A program made the translations under genes and the position numbers. This document shows positions 18,862 through 29,320 of a DNA stretch of 64,000 bases, piece by piece. The notes under the pieces were generated by a model. The model saw nothing but the letters and a program-made list of their open reading frames with translations, did not search any database and was not told the DNA's origin. The DNA comes from Alphaproteobacteria bacterium (lineage in GTDB: Bacteria; Pseudomonadota; Alphaproteobacteria; UBA828): NCBI GenBank assembly GCA_963667705.1, contig OY763937.1, positions 288,559 through 352,558 on the forward strand, in the 5' to 3' direction. Numbering within the stretch: the first letter of the stretch is position 1; each line of letters starts with the position of its first letter.

Positions 18862-20763
18862 CTAGCCGCGTGCGGCCTCCGCCGCGCTCTCGCGGGCATC
18901 GCTCTTGCGCACGTGGGCGAGCAGCGCGGTCAGCGCCGCCGGCGTCACCCCCGGCACCCGTCCCGCCGCGCCGAGGGTCGCAGGCCGCGCGGCGGCCAGC
19001 CTCTGGCGCATCTCGTGGGAGAGGCCGCCGACGCGGTCGAAGCAGAGGTCGCCCGGCAGCCGGAGCGCCTCGTCCCGGCGGAAGGCGGCGATGTCCGCCT
19101 CCTGCCGCTCGACGTAGCCCCGGTAGTGGGCGTCGTTCTCCAGCGCCTGCGCGACCTCCGACTCCAGGCCTGCGAGCTGCGGCCAGAGCGCCGCGAGCTG
19201 CTCCAGGGTGATGCTCGGATAGCCGATCAGCTCGCGCGCGCTCCGCCGGCGGCCGTCCCGGTTCGCCGCGATCCCGTGGCGGCGCAGCGCGTCGGGGGTG
19301 GCGGCGAGGGAGTCGAGCAGCGTCTCCGCCTCGCCGAGCGCCGCGCCCTTGGCGGCGAAGCGCCGCGCCCGCTCGGCGCCGACGCAGCCGGCCTCGATGC
19401 CCGGCGCGGTGAGCCTGCGGTCGGCGTTGTCCGGCCGCAGCCGGAGCCGGTACTCGGCGCGCGAGGAGAACATGCGGTAGGGCTCGCTCACTCCCTGCGT
19501 CACGAGGTCGTCGATCAGCACGCCGATGTAGCCGTCGGCGCGGTCGAGGGTGAACGGCGCGCCGCCGACGGCCGCACGCGCCGCGTTGATGCCGGCGACG
19601 ATGCCCTGGGCCGCGGCCTCCTCGTAGCCGGTGGTGCCGTTGATCTGCCCGGCGAGGAAGAGGCCGGCGATGCGCGCGCTCTCCAGCGACGGGCCGAGCT
19701 CGCGCGGGTCGACGTGGTCGTACTCGATGGCGTAGCCGGGGCGCAGGATCTCCGCCCGCTCCAGCCCCGGTATCGTCGCCACCAGCGCCCGCTGCACGTC
19801 ATCCGGCAGCGCCGTCGAGATGCCGTTGGGATAGACCGTGTGGTCGTCCAGCCCCTCGGGCTCGAGGAAGACCTGGTGGGAGGCGCGCTCGGCGAAGCGC
19901 ACCACCTTGTCCTCGATGGAGGGGCAGTAGCGGGGGCCGCGACTCTCGATGGCGCCCGAATACATCGGCGAGCGCGCGAGGTTGCGGCGGATGAGGTCGT
20001 GGCCTGCCGGCCCCGTGGCGGTGATGTGGCAGGGCACCTGCGCCCGCGTGATCGCCGGCGTGAGGAAGGAGAAGGGCTCGGGCGGCTCGTCGCCCTGCTG
20101 CGCCTCCAGCCCGGCCCAGTCGATGGTGCGCCCGTCGAGCCTGGGCGGCGTGCCGGTCTTGAGCCGGCCGAGGCGGAAGCCGAGCCGCTCCAGCGTGAGC
20201 GCGAGACCCGTCGCCGGCGCATCGCCGACGCGCCCGGCCGGAATCTGCCGCTCGCCGATGTGGATCAGACCGCGCAGGAAGGTGCCCGTGGTGAGCACCA
20301 CCCTGGGCGCCCGGAGCAGCGTGCCGTCGCCCAGCGCCACGCCGCGCACGCGGGGCCGCGCGTTCGCCACCGCATCCAGCATCAGGTCCTCGACCGTGCC
20401 CTCGCGGATGGCGAGGTTGGACTGGGCGTCGAGCGCCGCCTGCATGGCCTCGCGGTAGAGCGCGCGGTCCTGCTGCGCGCGGGGCCCGCGCACCGCCGGC
20501 CCCTTGCTGCGGTTGAGCACGCGGAACTGGATGCCGGCCTCGTCAGCGACGCGGCCCATGAGCCCGTCGAGCGCGTCCACCTCGCGCACCAGCGTGCCCT
20601 TGGCGAGCCCGCCGATGGCCGGATTGCACGACATCGCGCCGATGGTCGCGCGCTTCTGGGTGACGAGCAGGGTCACAGCACCCACGCGCGCCGCGGCCGC
20701 TGCGGCCTCGCAGCCGGCGTGGCCGCCGCCTATCACGATGACATCGAAGCGATCGCGGCCCAT
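18862..20763 (-). CDS. mnmG: tRNA modification enzyme MnmG (GidA)
   Basis: [48 protein letters not shown]. Confidence 0.98.
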   Translation of the reverse strand: MGRDRFDVIVIGGGHAGCEAAAAAARVGAVTLLVTQKRATIGAMSCNPAIGGLAKGTLVREVDALDGLMGRVADEAGIQFRVLNRSKGPAVRGPRAQQDRALYREAMQAALDAQSNLAIREGTVEDLMLDAVANARPRVRGVALGDGTLLRAPRVVLTTGTFLRGLIHIGERQIPAGRVGDAPATGLALTLERLGFRLGRLKTGTPPRLDGRTIDWAGLEAQQGDEPPEPFSFLTPAITRAQVPCHITATGPAGHDLIRRNLARSPMYSGAIESRGPRYCPSIEDKVVRFAERASHQVFLEPEGLDDHTVYPNGISTALPDDVQRALVATIPGLERAEILRPGYAIEYDHVDPRELGPSLESARIAGLFLAGQINGTTGYEEAAAQGIVAGINAARAAVGGAPFTLDRADGYIGVLIDDLVTQGVSEPYRMFSSRAEYRLRLRPDNADRRLTAPGIEAGCVGAERARRFAAKGAALGEAETLLDSLAATPDALRRHGIAANRDGRRRSARELIGYPSITLEQLAALWPQLAGLESEVAQALENDAHYRGYVERQEADIAAFRRDEALRLPGDLCFDRVGGLSHEMRQRLAAARPATLGAAGRVPGVTPAALTALLAHVRKSDARESAAEAARG

Positions 20764-20854
20764 GGCCGTCCTCCCGGCCTGTGCTCTGCCGGCGCGGCGC
20801 ACCCTATAGGGCAGACTCGGGCGCCCGTAAAGCGCCGTGTGCCGGCGGCCGCGC

Positions 20855-22189
20855 CTACTTGCCGATGCAGAAGTCGCGGAAGACCAGGTCGAGTACGGCC
20901 TCGACGTCGACCCGGCCGGTGATGCGGCCGAGGGCGTGAGCCGCGACGCGGAGCTCCTCGGCGAGCCGCTCGTCCGCCGGCCCGGCGAGGGCGCGGCCGA
21001 GGGCGGCGCGGCACTCGATGACTGCCTGCCGGTGGCGGGCGCGGGTCAGCGCCGGCGCGGCGGGCGCCGGGTAACGCCGCGCGATATCCTCAGCAAGCGC
21101 CTCGAGCAGTGCGTCGATCCCGGCACCGCTGAGGCAGGAGACCGCGTACGCCGCTTGGCCGCCTATCGTGGCAGGGGCGGGGCCGGTGAGCAGGTCGGAC
21201 TTGTTCAGCACGGGGAGTGCGGCGTCGCCCAGCAACGCGAGACTCTGCGAGTCAGCCTCGGGCCAGAGCGCGCCGTCGAAGACCACCAGGGCGAGGTCGG
21301 CATCGGCCGCGCGGGCGAGCGCGCGGCGCACGCCCTCGCTCTCGATCTCGTCGCGGCTCTCGCGCAGGCCCGCGGTGTCGGCGAGGGTGACCGGCCAGCC
21401 GGCGAGGTCGAGGCGCACCTCGACGACGTCGCGGGTGGTGCCGGCGCGGGTCGAGACGATGGCCGCCTCGCGCCCGGCCAACCTGTTGAGAAGGCTGGAT
21501 TTTCCGACATTGGGCGCGCCCAGGATGGCGATCGTGAAGCCGGCGCGCAGGCGCTCGCCGCGCCCCGCGTCGTCGAGGTGGGCGGCGATCTCGGCCTCCA
21601 GCGCCGCGAGGTCGGGAGCGGCGGTGGCCATGGGATCGGCGCCCAGGTCCTGGTCCGAGAAGTCGATGGCGGCCTCCACGTTGGCTCGCAGCGCCATGAG
21701 GCGCGCCCGCCAGCCGTCGTAGAGGCGGTGCAGCGCCCCTTCCATCTGGCCGAGCGCCTGGCGGCGCTGGGCCTCGGTCTCCGCCGCCACCAGGTCGGCG
21801 ATTCCCTCGGCCTGCGTGAGGTCGAGGCGGCCGGCCTCGAAGGCGCGCCGGGTGAACTCGCCGGGCTCGGCGGGGCGCAAGCCCGGCAGCGCGGCGAGAG
21901 CGTCCACTAGCGCGGCGATGACGGCGGGGCCGCCATGGACGTGGAGCTCCGCCACGTTCTCGCCGGTGGCGCTGCCCGGGCCCGGGAACCACACGCAAAG
22001 GCCCCGGTCGATGGGCTCGCCCGCCCCGGGCGTGCGGAAGCGGCGCAGCGTCGCTTCGCGCGGGGCGGGCAGCGGCCTGCCGCCGATGGCCTCCAGCGCC
22101 GCGCTGGCGGAAGGGCCGGAGACCCGGACCACCGCGATGGCGGCGCGGGTGCCGCCGGAGGACAGGGCGAAGATGGTGTCGCCGCTCAT
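20855..22189 (-). CDS. mnmE: tRNA modification GTPase MnmE
   Basis: [24 protein letters not shown] and C-terminal FCIGK. Confidence 0.97.
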   Translation of the reverse strand: MSGDTIFALSSGGTRAAIAVVRVSGPSASAALEAIGGRPLPAPREATLRRFRTPGAGEPIDRGLCVWFPGPGSATGENVAELHVHGGPAVIAALVDALAALPGLRPAEPGEFTRRAFEAGRLDLTQAEGIADLVAAETEAQRRQALGQMEGALHRLYDGWRARLMALRANVEAAIDFSDQDLGADPMATAAPDLAALEAEIAAHLDDAGRGERLRAGFTIAILGAPNVGKSSLLNRLAGREAAIVSTRAGTTRDVVEVRLDLAGWPVTLADTAGLRESRDEIESEGVRRALARAADADLALVVFDGALWPEADSQSLALLGDAALPVLNKSDLLTGPAPATIGGQAAYAVSCLSGAGIDALLEALAEDIARRYPAPAAPALTRARHRQAVIECRAALGRALAGPADERLAEELRVAAHALGRITGRVDVEAVLDLVFRDFCIGK

Positions 22190-22252
22190 GGCTCCGGCCG
22201 TTGCCGCGCGGGTGCCGGCCAACCGCCGCCGGCGAGCGGCCCCGGCCGCGGC

Positions 22253-22636
22253 TCAGGAGGCGGAAGCCGCCACGCCGGCTTCCGCGTCTTGGTCAGGCAA
22301 GGGCTGGTCCGGCATCAGCATGAGGCGCTCGACCCGGCCGCCGTTCACGAGGTGAGTCTCGATGATCTCGTCCACGTCTGCCACCGTCCTGACCGCGTAC
22401 CACACGCCTTCGGGGTAGATCACCATGGTCGGCCCGAACTCGCAGCGGTCGAGGCACTGGCTCGCGTTGATGCGCACGTCGGTGAGCCCCCGCTGCTTGG
22501 CGCGCGCCTTCATGTGGGCGCGGAGCCTGACCGAATCCCTGGCGCTGCAGCAGCCGCGCGGGTGGTCGGGTGCGCGGGTGTTGACGCAGCAGAAGACGTG
22601 GGCCCGGTAGTAGAGCGGCGGGTCCGGGCGGCTCAT
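22253..22636 (-). CDS. Thioredoxin-like [2Fe-2S] ferredoxin
   Basis: HVFCCVN...GCC...CLDRCEFGP...YPEGVWY. Confidence 0.9.
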   Translation of the reverse strand: MSRPDPPLYYRAHVFCCVNTRAPDHPRGCCSARDSVRLRAHMKARAKQRGLTDVRINASQCLDRCEFGPTMVIYPEGVWYAVRTVADVDEIIETHLVNGGRVERLMLMPDQPLPDQDAEAGVAASAS

Positions 22637-22902
22637 CCTGCGCCGCCTCCGCCGCGGCCCTTGGGGGCGCCACCGGGATCGCCGAAGCCCTCCCAGAAGG
22701 CCTTCTGCATGGCTTCGAAGCCCTTGAGCCCGCCGGGGAGCCAGGTCTTGAGCAGCGTCTCCGCGTCGATCGCCCCGACGGCGTCTGCGATCCGCGCCTC
22801 CATGCCCTTGGCCATGGCGTCGTGGGCCGCGCTCAGGTCCGGCATGCCGAAGAAAGCGCGCGCCTCCTCGGGCGTGCAGTCGATCTCGATCCTGACCTTC
22901 AT
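22633..22902 (-). CDS. Small conserved protein (DUF6489-like)
   Basis: MKVRIEIDCTPEEARAFFGMPD N-terminus; ATGA overlap with the ferredoxin gene. Confidence 0.8.
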   Translation of the reverse strand: MKVRIEIDCTPEEARAFFGMPDLSAAHDAMAKGMEARIADAVGAIDAETLLKTWLPGGLKGFEAMQKAFWEGFGDPGGAPKGRGGGGAG

Positions 22903-23038
22903 GGCGGCCCTCGCTCTCAGTGCCGCGCGTGGCGGCGCGACGAGCGCGATCATACCCCAATCGCAGCGATTGTTGAGACTCCGTCGTCGTTGCGGCCTTC
23001 GGGCGGCGTGGGGACGTGCGTCGTGACGCGCCAATGGG

Positions 23039-23109
23039 GGATATCTGGATTGACATCTGCGAAATGCAGATTATATATCTGCACAGTGCAGATATGAAAC
23101 GAGATATCC
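23039..23109 (+). promoter_or_regulatory. Sigma70-like promoter overlapped by two palindromic operators
   Basis: TTGACA at 23050-23055 and a TATATATC region at 23072-23079; ATCTGC-N5-GCAGAT at 23055-23071 and 23077-23093. Confidence 0.75.
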
Positions 23110-23112
23110 AAC

Positions 23113-24276
23113 ATGATCTTCACCGAACCCACCTTGTCGCAAGAGGACCACAAGGTGCTGGAGATACTGGAGGGTCAGAGACGCCGCTTGCGGATCGAGA
23201 CCCAGCACAACCCCCGCCGCTGGCATGGGGCCCTGCGGCGGAGCATGTTCGCGCGTGCGATCCAGGGCTCGAACGCTATCGAGGGCTACAACGCCACAAT
23301 GGACGAGGCCATGGCGGCTGTGGAGGACGAGCCGCTCCTCGACGAGAGGACAGAAACGTGGCGCGCAATCAGCGGTTACAGGGCCGCCATGACCTGCATC
23401 TTGCAGGCGGCGGAGGATCCTTACTTCGAATGGAGCAAGCAATTTCTCAAGAGCCTGCACTTCATGATGACCGCGTTCGATCTGAACGCACACCCCGGGA
23501 CATGGCGACCCGGCGCCGTCCAGGTCGTGAACCACGCAACTGGCGCGGTCGTCTATGATGCGCCGTACTCCGACTTAGTGGATCATTTGGTAAGCGAGTT
23601 GGTGGAATACCTGGATGGGGAGAATCGTCAGTCGGTGGTCGTTGTCGCCGCGATGGCGCACCTGAACCTGACCATGATCCACCCCTTCAAGGACGGCAAC
23701 GGCCGGATGGCGCGTGCCCTCCAGACCTTGGTGCTTGCGCGCGAGGGCCTGATTCACCCCCTCTTCTCGAGTATCGAGGAATGGCTGGGCCGCAACACGC
23801 AGGACTACTACGACGTGCTTGCGGCGGTCGGGCAAGGCGCGTGGAACCCCTCGAACAGTGCGCTAGCGTGGGTGCGCTTCTGCCTCAAGGCCCACTATCA
23901 GCAGGCCGGCACGGTGATCCGTCGCCATGAGGAATACGAAGCCCTCTTCACCAATATCGAGACGCTCGTGGAGCGCCGGGGGCTCAACGAGAGAGTGACC
24001 GCCCCGCTCTTCAACGCCGCACTGGGAATGCGGCTCACCAACGCCCGCTATCAGCGGGTGGCGGAGGAGAGCTCCCACGTCGCCGGGCGCGACCTCAAGG
24101 CCCTGGCCGATCTGGCGCTCCTCGTTCCGCACGGCGAGAAACGCGGTCGCTACTACACGGCCGGCAAGGAACTTGTGGAAGCGAGGGCCGGGGCAAGGCG
24201 CGACAGGACCGTTCGAGACCCCTACCAGCTGCCGCAGGTGGCGGCTGACCCAGGCCCCCGATTGCCGGGGATTTGA
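23113..24276 (+). CDS. Fic family protein (class II) with a probable C-terminal winged helix
   Basis: HPFKDGNGRMAR active-site motif; N-terminal inhibitory SNAIEG; visibly less GC-biased codon use than its neighbours. Confidence 0.92.
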   Translation: MIFTEPTLSQEDHKVLEILEGQRRRLRIETQHNPRRWHGALRRSMFARAIQGSNAIEGYNATMDEAMAAVEDEPLLDERTETWRAISGYRAAMTCILQAAEDPYFEWSKQFLKSLHFMMTAFDLNAHPGTWRPGAVQVVNHATGAVVYDAPYSDLVDHLVSELVEYLDGENRQSVVVVAAMAHLNLTMIHPFKDGNGRMARALQTLVLAREGLIHPLFSSIEEWLGRNTQDYYDVLAAVGQGAWNPSNSALAWVRFCLKAHYQQAGTVIRRHEEYEALFTNIETLVERRGLNERVTAPLFNAALGMRLTNARYQRVAEESSHVAGRDLKALADLALLVPHGEKRGRYYTAGKELVEARAGARRDRTVRDPYQLPQVAADPGPRLPGI

Positions 24277-24371
24277 GCGGCCGCCGGGCTGGCGGCGGGG
24301 GGCGCTGCGCCCTATGCTCAGGATCGGGGCCGCCCCGCCGTCACGCGGCCCGTGACCTGCCGGAAAGGGCC

Positions 24372-26408
24372 ATGAGCGAGAACCTGCTGGGCGCGGAAAC
24401 GAGCCCCTACCTGCTGCAGCACGCCGACAACCCGGTGCACTGGCGCCCGTGGGGGCCGGAGGCGCTGGCCGATGCGAGGGAGAACGACAAGCCGATCCTG
24501 CTCTCGGTGGGCTATTCCGCCTGCCACTGGTGCCACGTCATGGCGCACGAGAGCTTCGAGGACGAGGAGACCGCGGCGCTGATGAACCGGCTCTTCGTCA
24601 ACATCAAGGTGGATCGCGAGGAACGCCCCGACCTCGACACCATCTACCAGCGGGCGCTCGCGCTCATGGGCCAGCAGGGGGGCTGGCCGCTCACCATGTT
24701 CCTGACGCCCGGGGCCGAGCCCTTCTGGGGCGGCACCTACTTCCCGCTGGAGCCCCGCTTCGGCCGGCCGGGGTTCAAGGAGGTGCTGCGCCTGATCGAG
24801 CAGACCTACCGCAACGACCGGGACAAGGTGGACAAAAACAGAACAGCGCTGCTCGAGGCGCTGCAGGGACTCGCCAAGAGCAAGCCCGGAGAGGCCGTCA
24901 CAGACGCACAAACAGAGAACATGGCGCGCACCTTGCTGCGCGAGGTCGACGGACGCCACGGCGGTATCGGCGGTGCGCCGAAATTCCCGCAATGTTCCAT
25001 GCTGGAGCTGCTCTGGCGCAGCTATCTCCGCACCGGCTCGCAGCTGATGAAGACCGCCGTGGTGCTCTCCATGGAGCGCATGTGCCAGGGCGGCATCTAC
25101 GACCACCTCGGCGGCGGCTTCGCCCGCTACTCCACCGACGAGCGCTGGCTCGCGCCGCACTTCGAGAAGATGCTCTACGACAACGCCCAGCTACTCGACC
25201 TGCTCTGCCACGTCTGGCAGGAGACGGGCGAGCCGCTATTCGCCGCCCGCGCCGCCGAGACCGTGGCCTGGGTGCTGCGCGAGATGCGCACGGGCGAGGG
25301 CGCCTTCGCCAGCGCGCTGGACGCCGATTCCGAGGGCGAGGAGGGCAGGTTCTACGTCTGGGACGAGGCCGAGGTCGACGAGTTGCTCGGCGAAGACGCG
25401 GCCTATTTCAAGGCCGTCTACGACGTGAGCCCGGACGGCAACTGGGAGGGCAAGACTATCCTCAACCGGCTGCTGCCGCCGCGGCTGGAGGAGGCGCCCG
25501 ACGAGGCCCGCCTCGCCGGGATGCGCTCGGTTCTGCTCGCGCGCCGCGCGGTCCGCGAGCGCCCCGGCTGGGACGACAAGGTGCTGGCGGACTGGAACGG
25601 GCTGATGATCGCCGCCCTTGCCAATGCCGCCAGGGTCTTCGGCGAGCCCGCCTGGCTCGATGCGGCGCGCGAGGCCTTCGACCACGTCGCAGGCCCCATG
25701 GCGGCCGGCGAGCGGCTGCGCCACGCGGCCCGCCACGGCCGCTCCAAGGAGGTCGAGTTCCTCGACGACTATGCCGAGATGGCCCGCGCGGCGCTGCTGC
25801 TGGCGGAGGCCACCGGCGAGGCGGCCTACATCACCCGCGCGCAGGCCTGGCTCGCGGTGCTGGATGCGCACTACTGGGACGCGGCGGAAGGCGGCTACTT
25901 CTATGCGCCGGACGACGCCGAGGCGAACATCAGCCGCACCAAGACGGCCCACGATTCCGCGACGCCCGCCGGCAACGGCACCCTGGTGGGGGTACTCGCG
26001 CGGCTCCACCATCTCACCGGCGAGGCGGCCTATCTGGAGCGTGCCGAGGCCCTGGTGAAGGCCTTCTCCGGCGAGCTGGAGCGCAACTTCTCCCCGCTGG
26101 CGACGCTGGCCAACAACAGCGAGCTGCTGCGCCGCGCGGTGCAGGTCGTGGTCTGCGGCCCAGCTGAGGACGAGGAAACCCGGGCCCTGCTGGATACCGT
26201 CTTCGCCGTCAGCCTGCCCAACCGGGTGCTCACCCTGCTGGAGCCCGGCGAGGCGCTGCCGCTGGGCCACCCGGCCTTCGGCAAGGGACTGCACGAGGGG
26301 AGGCCCGCGGCCTACGTGTGCGTCGGCCCGGTGTGCTCGCTGCCGGCGACCGGGCCGCAGGCGCTGCGCGCGGCGCTTGCCATGGCCTGCGCGCCGGCCG
26401 AGGCGTGA
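24372..26408 (+). CDS. Thioredoxin-domain protein (YyaL/DUF255 family)
   Basis: ETSPYLLQHADNPVHW, SACHWCHVM, GGWPLT, PHFEKMLYD, DDKVLADWNG. Confidence 0.93.
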   Translation: MSENLLGAETSPYLLQHADNPVHWRPWGPEALADARENDKPILLSVGYSACHWCHVMAHESFEDEETAALMNRLFVNIKVDREERPDLDTIYQRALALMGQQGGWPLTMFLTPGAEPFWGGTYFPLEPRFGRPGFKEVLRLIEQTYRNDRDKVDKNRTALLEALQGLAKSKPGEAVTDAQTENMARTLLREVDGRHGGIGGAPKFPQCSMLELLWRSYLRTGSQLMKTAVVLSMERMCQGGIYDHLGGGFARYSTDERWLAPHFEKMLYDNAQLLDLLCHVWQETGEPLFAARAAETVAWVLREMRTGEGAFASALDADSEGEEGRFYVWDEAEVDELLGEDAAYFKAVYDVSPDGNWEGKTILNRLLPPRLEEAPDEARLAGMRSVLLARRAVRERPGWDDKVLADWNGLMIAALANAARVFGEPAWLDAAREAFDHVAGPMAAGERLRHAARHGRSKEVEFLDDYAEMARAALLLAEATGEAAYITRAQAWLAVLDAHYWDAAEGGYFYAPDDAEANISRTKTAHDSATPAGNGTLVGVLARLHHLTGEAAYLERAEALVKAFSGELERNFSPLATLANNSELLRRAVQVVVCGPAEDEETRALLDTVFAVSLPNRVLTLLEPGEALPLGHPAFGKGLHEGRPAAYVCVGPVCSLPATGPQALRAALAMACAPAEA

Positions 26409-26413
26409 GCCAG

Positions 26414-26887
26414 ATGGCCGCCGCCCGCTGCACCATCGAAAGCCCGGTCGGCCCGCTCACCATCACCGCCGAGGACGGCGCGATCACCGCGGTCGACTTC
26501 GGCCCCGGCGGCGGTTCGCGTCCCGACGTCGGTCTGCTGGCCGACGCCGCGCAACAGCTCGCGGACTATTTCGCCGGCGCGCGCCGGGATTTCGACCTGC
26601 CGCTTTCGCCGCACGGCACACCCTTCCGCCTCCGCGTCTGGGCGGCGATGCAGGCGATCCCCTATGGCGAGACCCGCAGCTACGGCGACCTCGCCCGCAT
26701 GCTCGGCACCGCGCCCCGTGCCGTCGGCGGCGCCTGCGGTGCCAACCCGATCCCGCTCGTCATCCCCTGCCACCGGGTCACGGGCTCCGCCGGCGCGCTC
26801 GGCGGGTTCTCCGGCGGTGCGGGCTGTGATACCAAGCGCCACCTGCTCGCCCTCGAAGGCGCGCTGCCGCAGGCCCTGGCGGTTTGA
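26414..26887 (+). CDS. ogt: Methylated-DNA--protein-cysteine methyltransferase
   Basis: IPYGETRSY and active-site PCHRV; alternative GTG start at 26405. Confidence 0.92.
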   Translation: MAAARCTIESPVGPLTITAEDGAITAVDFGPGGGSRPDVGLLADAAQQLADYFAGARRDFDLPLSPHGTPFRLRVWAAMQAIPYGETRSYGDLARMLGTAPRAVGGACGANPIPLVIPCHRVTGSAGALGGFSGGAGCDTKRHLLALEGALPQALAV

Positions 26888-26928
26888 GGCGGGCGCGGGC
26901 GGGCGCACCGGACAGGAGAGGGAGAACC

Positions 26929-27906
26929 ATGGTCAAGGCGGTGCGGATGCACGAGGCTGGCGGGCCCGAGGTGCTGCATTACGAGGATGTGACGCTGCCC
27001 GATCCCGGCCCCGGCGAGGCGCTGGTACGCCACGAGGCGATCGGCCTCAACTACATCGACGTCTATCACCGCACCGGCCTCTACCCGGTTCCCTCGCTGC
27101 CCTGGACCATCGGCATGGAGGGCGCGGGCACGGTCGAGGCGGTGGGGGACGGCGTGAGCGAGGTCGCGCCCGGCGTGCGCGTGGCCTACGCCAGCCCGCC
27201 GCCCCCGGGCGGCTACGCGGAGGCCCGCGTCATGCCGGCCGCCTCGCTGGTGGAGCTGCCCGAGGACATCAGCTTCGAGCAGGGCGCGGCCATGATGCTC
27301 CAGGGCATGACGGTGGAGTATCTGATCCGCCGCACCTACCCGGTGAAGGCAGGCGAGACCGTGCTGGTGCACGCGGCCGCCGGCGGCGTCGGGCTGATCC
27401 AGTGCCAGTGGCTCAAGCACCTTGGCGCGACGGTGATCGGCACCGTCGGCTCGGAGGAGAAAGCCGCGCTCGCGCGCGCCCACGGCTGCGACCACCCGGT
27501 CCTTTACCGCAGCGAGGACTTCGCCGAGCGGGTCATGGAGATCACCGACGGGGCGGGTGTGCCGGTGGTCTACGATTCCATCGGTGCCGACACGCTGGAG
27601 GGCTCGCTCAACAGCCTCGCACGGCTGGGCGTGCTGGCGAGCTTCGGCAACGCCTCCGGTCCGATCACGGACTTCAACCTGGCCCGGCTCGCGCCGAAGT
27701 CGGCCTACATCACGCGGCCCACCCTCTTCGGCTACAACGCGACGCGGGCGGAGCTCGAGGCATCGGCCGGGGCACTCTTCGACGTGGTGCGTGCGGGCGC
27801 GATCAAGATCGAGATCCACCAGACCTATGCGCTGGCGGACGCCGCGCAGGCGCATCGCGACCTGGAGGCGCGCAAGACCACGGGCTCGACCATCATCACC
27901 CCCTGA
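26929..27906 (+). CDS. qor: NADPH:quinone oxidoreductase (zeta-crystallin type)
   Basis: GLNYIDVYHRTG, HAAAGGVG, VYDSIG, RKTTGS. Confidence 0.9.
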   Translation: MVKAVRMHEAGGPEVLHYEDVTLPDPGPGEALVRHEAIGLNYIDVYHRTGLYPVPSLPWTIGMEGAGTVEAVGDGVSEVAPGVRVAYASPPPPGGYAEARVMPAASLVELPEDISFEQGAAMMLQGMTVEYLIRRTYPVKAGETVLVHAAAGGVGLIQCQWLKHLGATVIGTVGSEEKAALARAHGCDHPVLYRSEDFAERVMEITDGAGVPVVYDSIGADTLEGSLNSLARLGVLASFGNASGPITDFNLARLAPKSAYITRPTLFGYNATRAELEASAGALFDVVRAGAIKIEIHQTYALADAAQAHRDLEARKTTGSTIITP

Positions 27907-27940
27907 GTGACCGCCGTCGGGCGCGCGCGGCGCTCGCGGC

Positions 27941-29263
27941 ATGAACGTCCCCGGGCAGGCGGCCGATAGGGGCGTCTTCCGCGACCCCGCCTTCATGGCC
28001 AACCGCGAAGCGCCGGTGCACCGCTGGGTGCCCTGGATCGCGGGCTTCTCCCGGCACTTCGTCCAGGACGCGCTGGCCCGCCACCTGAAGGGGTCCGGGC
28101 CGGGCGTGGTGCTCGACCCCTTCGCCGGCGTCGGCACCACCCTGGTCGAGGCCGACCTCGCCGGCCACGCGGCGGTGGGCTTTGAGATCAACCCCTACGC
28201 CGTTTTCGCCGCGCGGACGAAGCTCGCGGCCCACCGGCTGGAGCCTGCGCAGGTGCGGGCCGCAGTCGCCGCGTTCGAGGCGTTCATGGCGGAGAGCGCG
28301 CGCACAGGCCGTGCGCCCGAGACGCCGCCGCCCGCCGCCTTCCGCACCCGCGCGCCCTTCTACAGCCCGGCGGTCGAGCGCAAGGTTCTGCTCGCCTTCG
28401 ACTTCATGGCGCAGCAGGAGGCGCAGGTCCGTGACCTCTTCCGCCTCGCCTTCGCGGCCACCATGGTGGGCTACTCCAACTACTCCTACGAGCCGAGCCT
28501 GGGGCGCAAGGCGTCCGTGGGCCGGCCCGAGGTGGAGGACGACGACGTGGCCGGCGCCATCGCGGGCCGGCTGCACTGGATGGCCGAGGATGCCGCCTGG
28601 TACCGCGCCGCGCGCACGGGCCCTGAGCGCGACGACGGGCGGGTGCTTGAAGAATCTTTCTTTGATGGCTACGCGTCGCTCGACGAGGGCAGTGTTGACC
28701 TGTTGGTCACCTCGCCGCCCTACCTCAACAACTACCATTACAATCGCAACACCCGGCCTCACCTCTACTGGCTGGGCTTCTGTTCCTCGCCCGGCGACCT
28801 GAAGCGGCTCGAGGCGCTCAACGTCGGCACCTATTGGCAGAACGCGCGCGACGAGGAGCGCATCGATCTCGACCCCGCCATCGAAGACAACGAGATACGA
28901 GAGACGCTCGAAGAGGTGCGGGAGCGGAACCCGGAGAAGGGCGTCTACGGCGGCAAGGGCTGGGCCAACTACGCCGCGCGTTACTTCAACGACTGTGCCC
29001 GCTTCGCAGGCGCCGCCGCTTGGTGCCTGCGGCCGGGCGCCACCGCGCTGGTGGTGATCGGCAACTCGATCCTGCAGGGGGTGCCGGTCCCGACCGACCG
29101 CTTCCTCGCCCGCATCGCCGAGACGCGTGGCTTCGAGCTCGCCGGCATCCACGTTCCCCGCGAAACGCGGGTCGGCAGCAGCATCGTCGAGTCCAGCGTC
29201 CGCGCCGGCAAGGCGGGCGGCAGCGCCCTCTACGAATCCGTTGTGGAACTCCGCCGGCGCTGA
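27941..29263 (+). CDS. Orphan DNA methyltransferase, probably N4-cytosine
   Basis: Motif I (LDPFAGVGTT) precedes motif IV (TSPPY); N-terminal HRWVPWIAGFS. Confidence 0.85.
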   Translation: MNVPGQAADRGVFRDPAFMANREAPVHRWVPWIAGFSRHFVQDALARHLKGSGPGVVLDPFAGVGTTLVEADLAGHAAVGFEINPYAVFAARTKLAAHRLEPAQVRAAVAAFEAFMAESARTGRAPETPPPAAFRTRAPFYSPAVERKVLLAFDFMAQQEAQVRDLFRLAFAATMVGYSNYSYEPSLGRKASVGRPEVEDDDVAGAIAGRLHWMAEDAAWYRAARTGPERDDGRVLEESFFDGYASLDEGSVDLLVTSPPYLNNYHYNRNTRPHLYWLGFCSSPGDLKRLEALNVGTYWQNARDEERIDLDPAIEDNEIRETLEEVRERNPEKGVYGGKGWANYAARYFNDCARFAGAAAWCLRPGATALVVIGNSILQGVPVPTDRFLARIAETRGFELAGIHVPRETRVGSSIVESSVRAGKAGGSALYESVVELRRR

Positions 29264-29320
29264 GGAAGACCGCAGTCGGCCCGGGCTTGTTGGCCCCCAT
29301 GCGAGGTGGGATAAGGGGCC

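Noticed and set aside
24825-24925. A-rich patch inside the YyaL-family gene
   Set aside because: The reading frame is intact and the patch is partly explained by Lys/Asn/Thr/Gln codons; no motif found.
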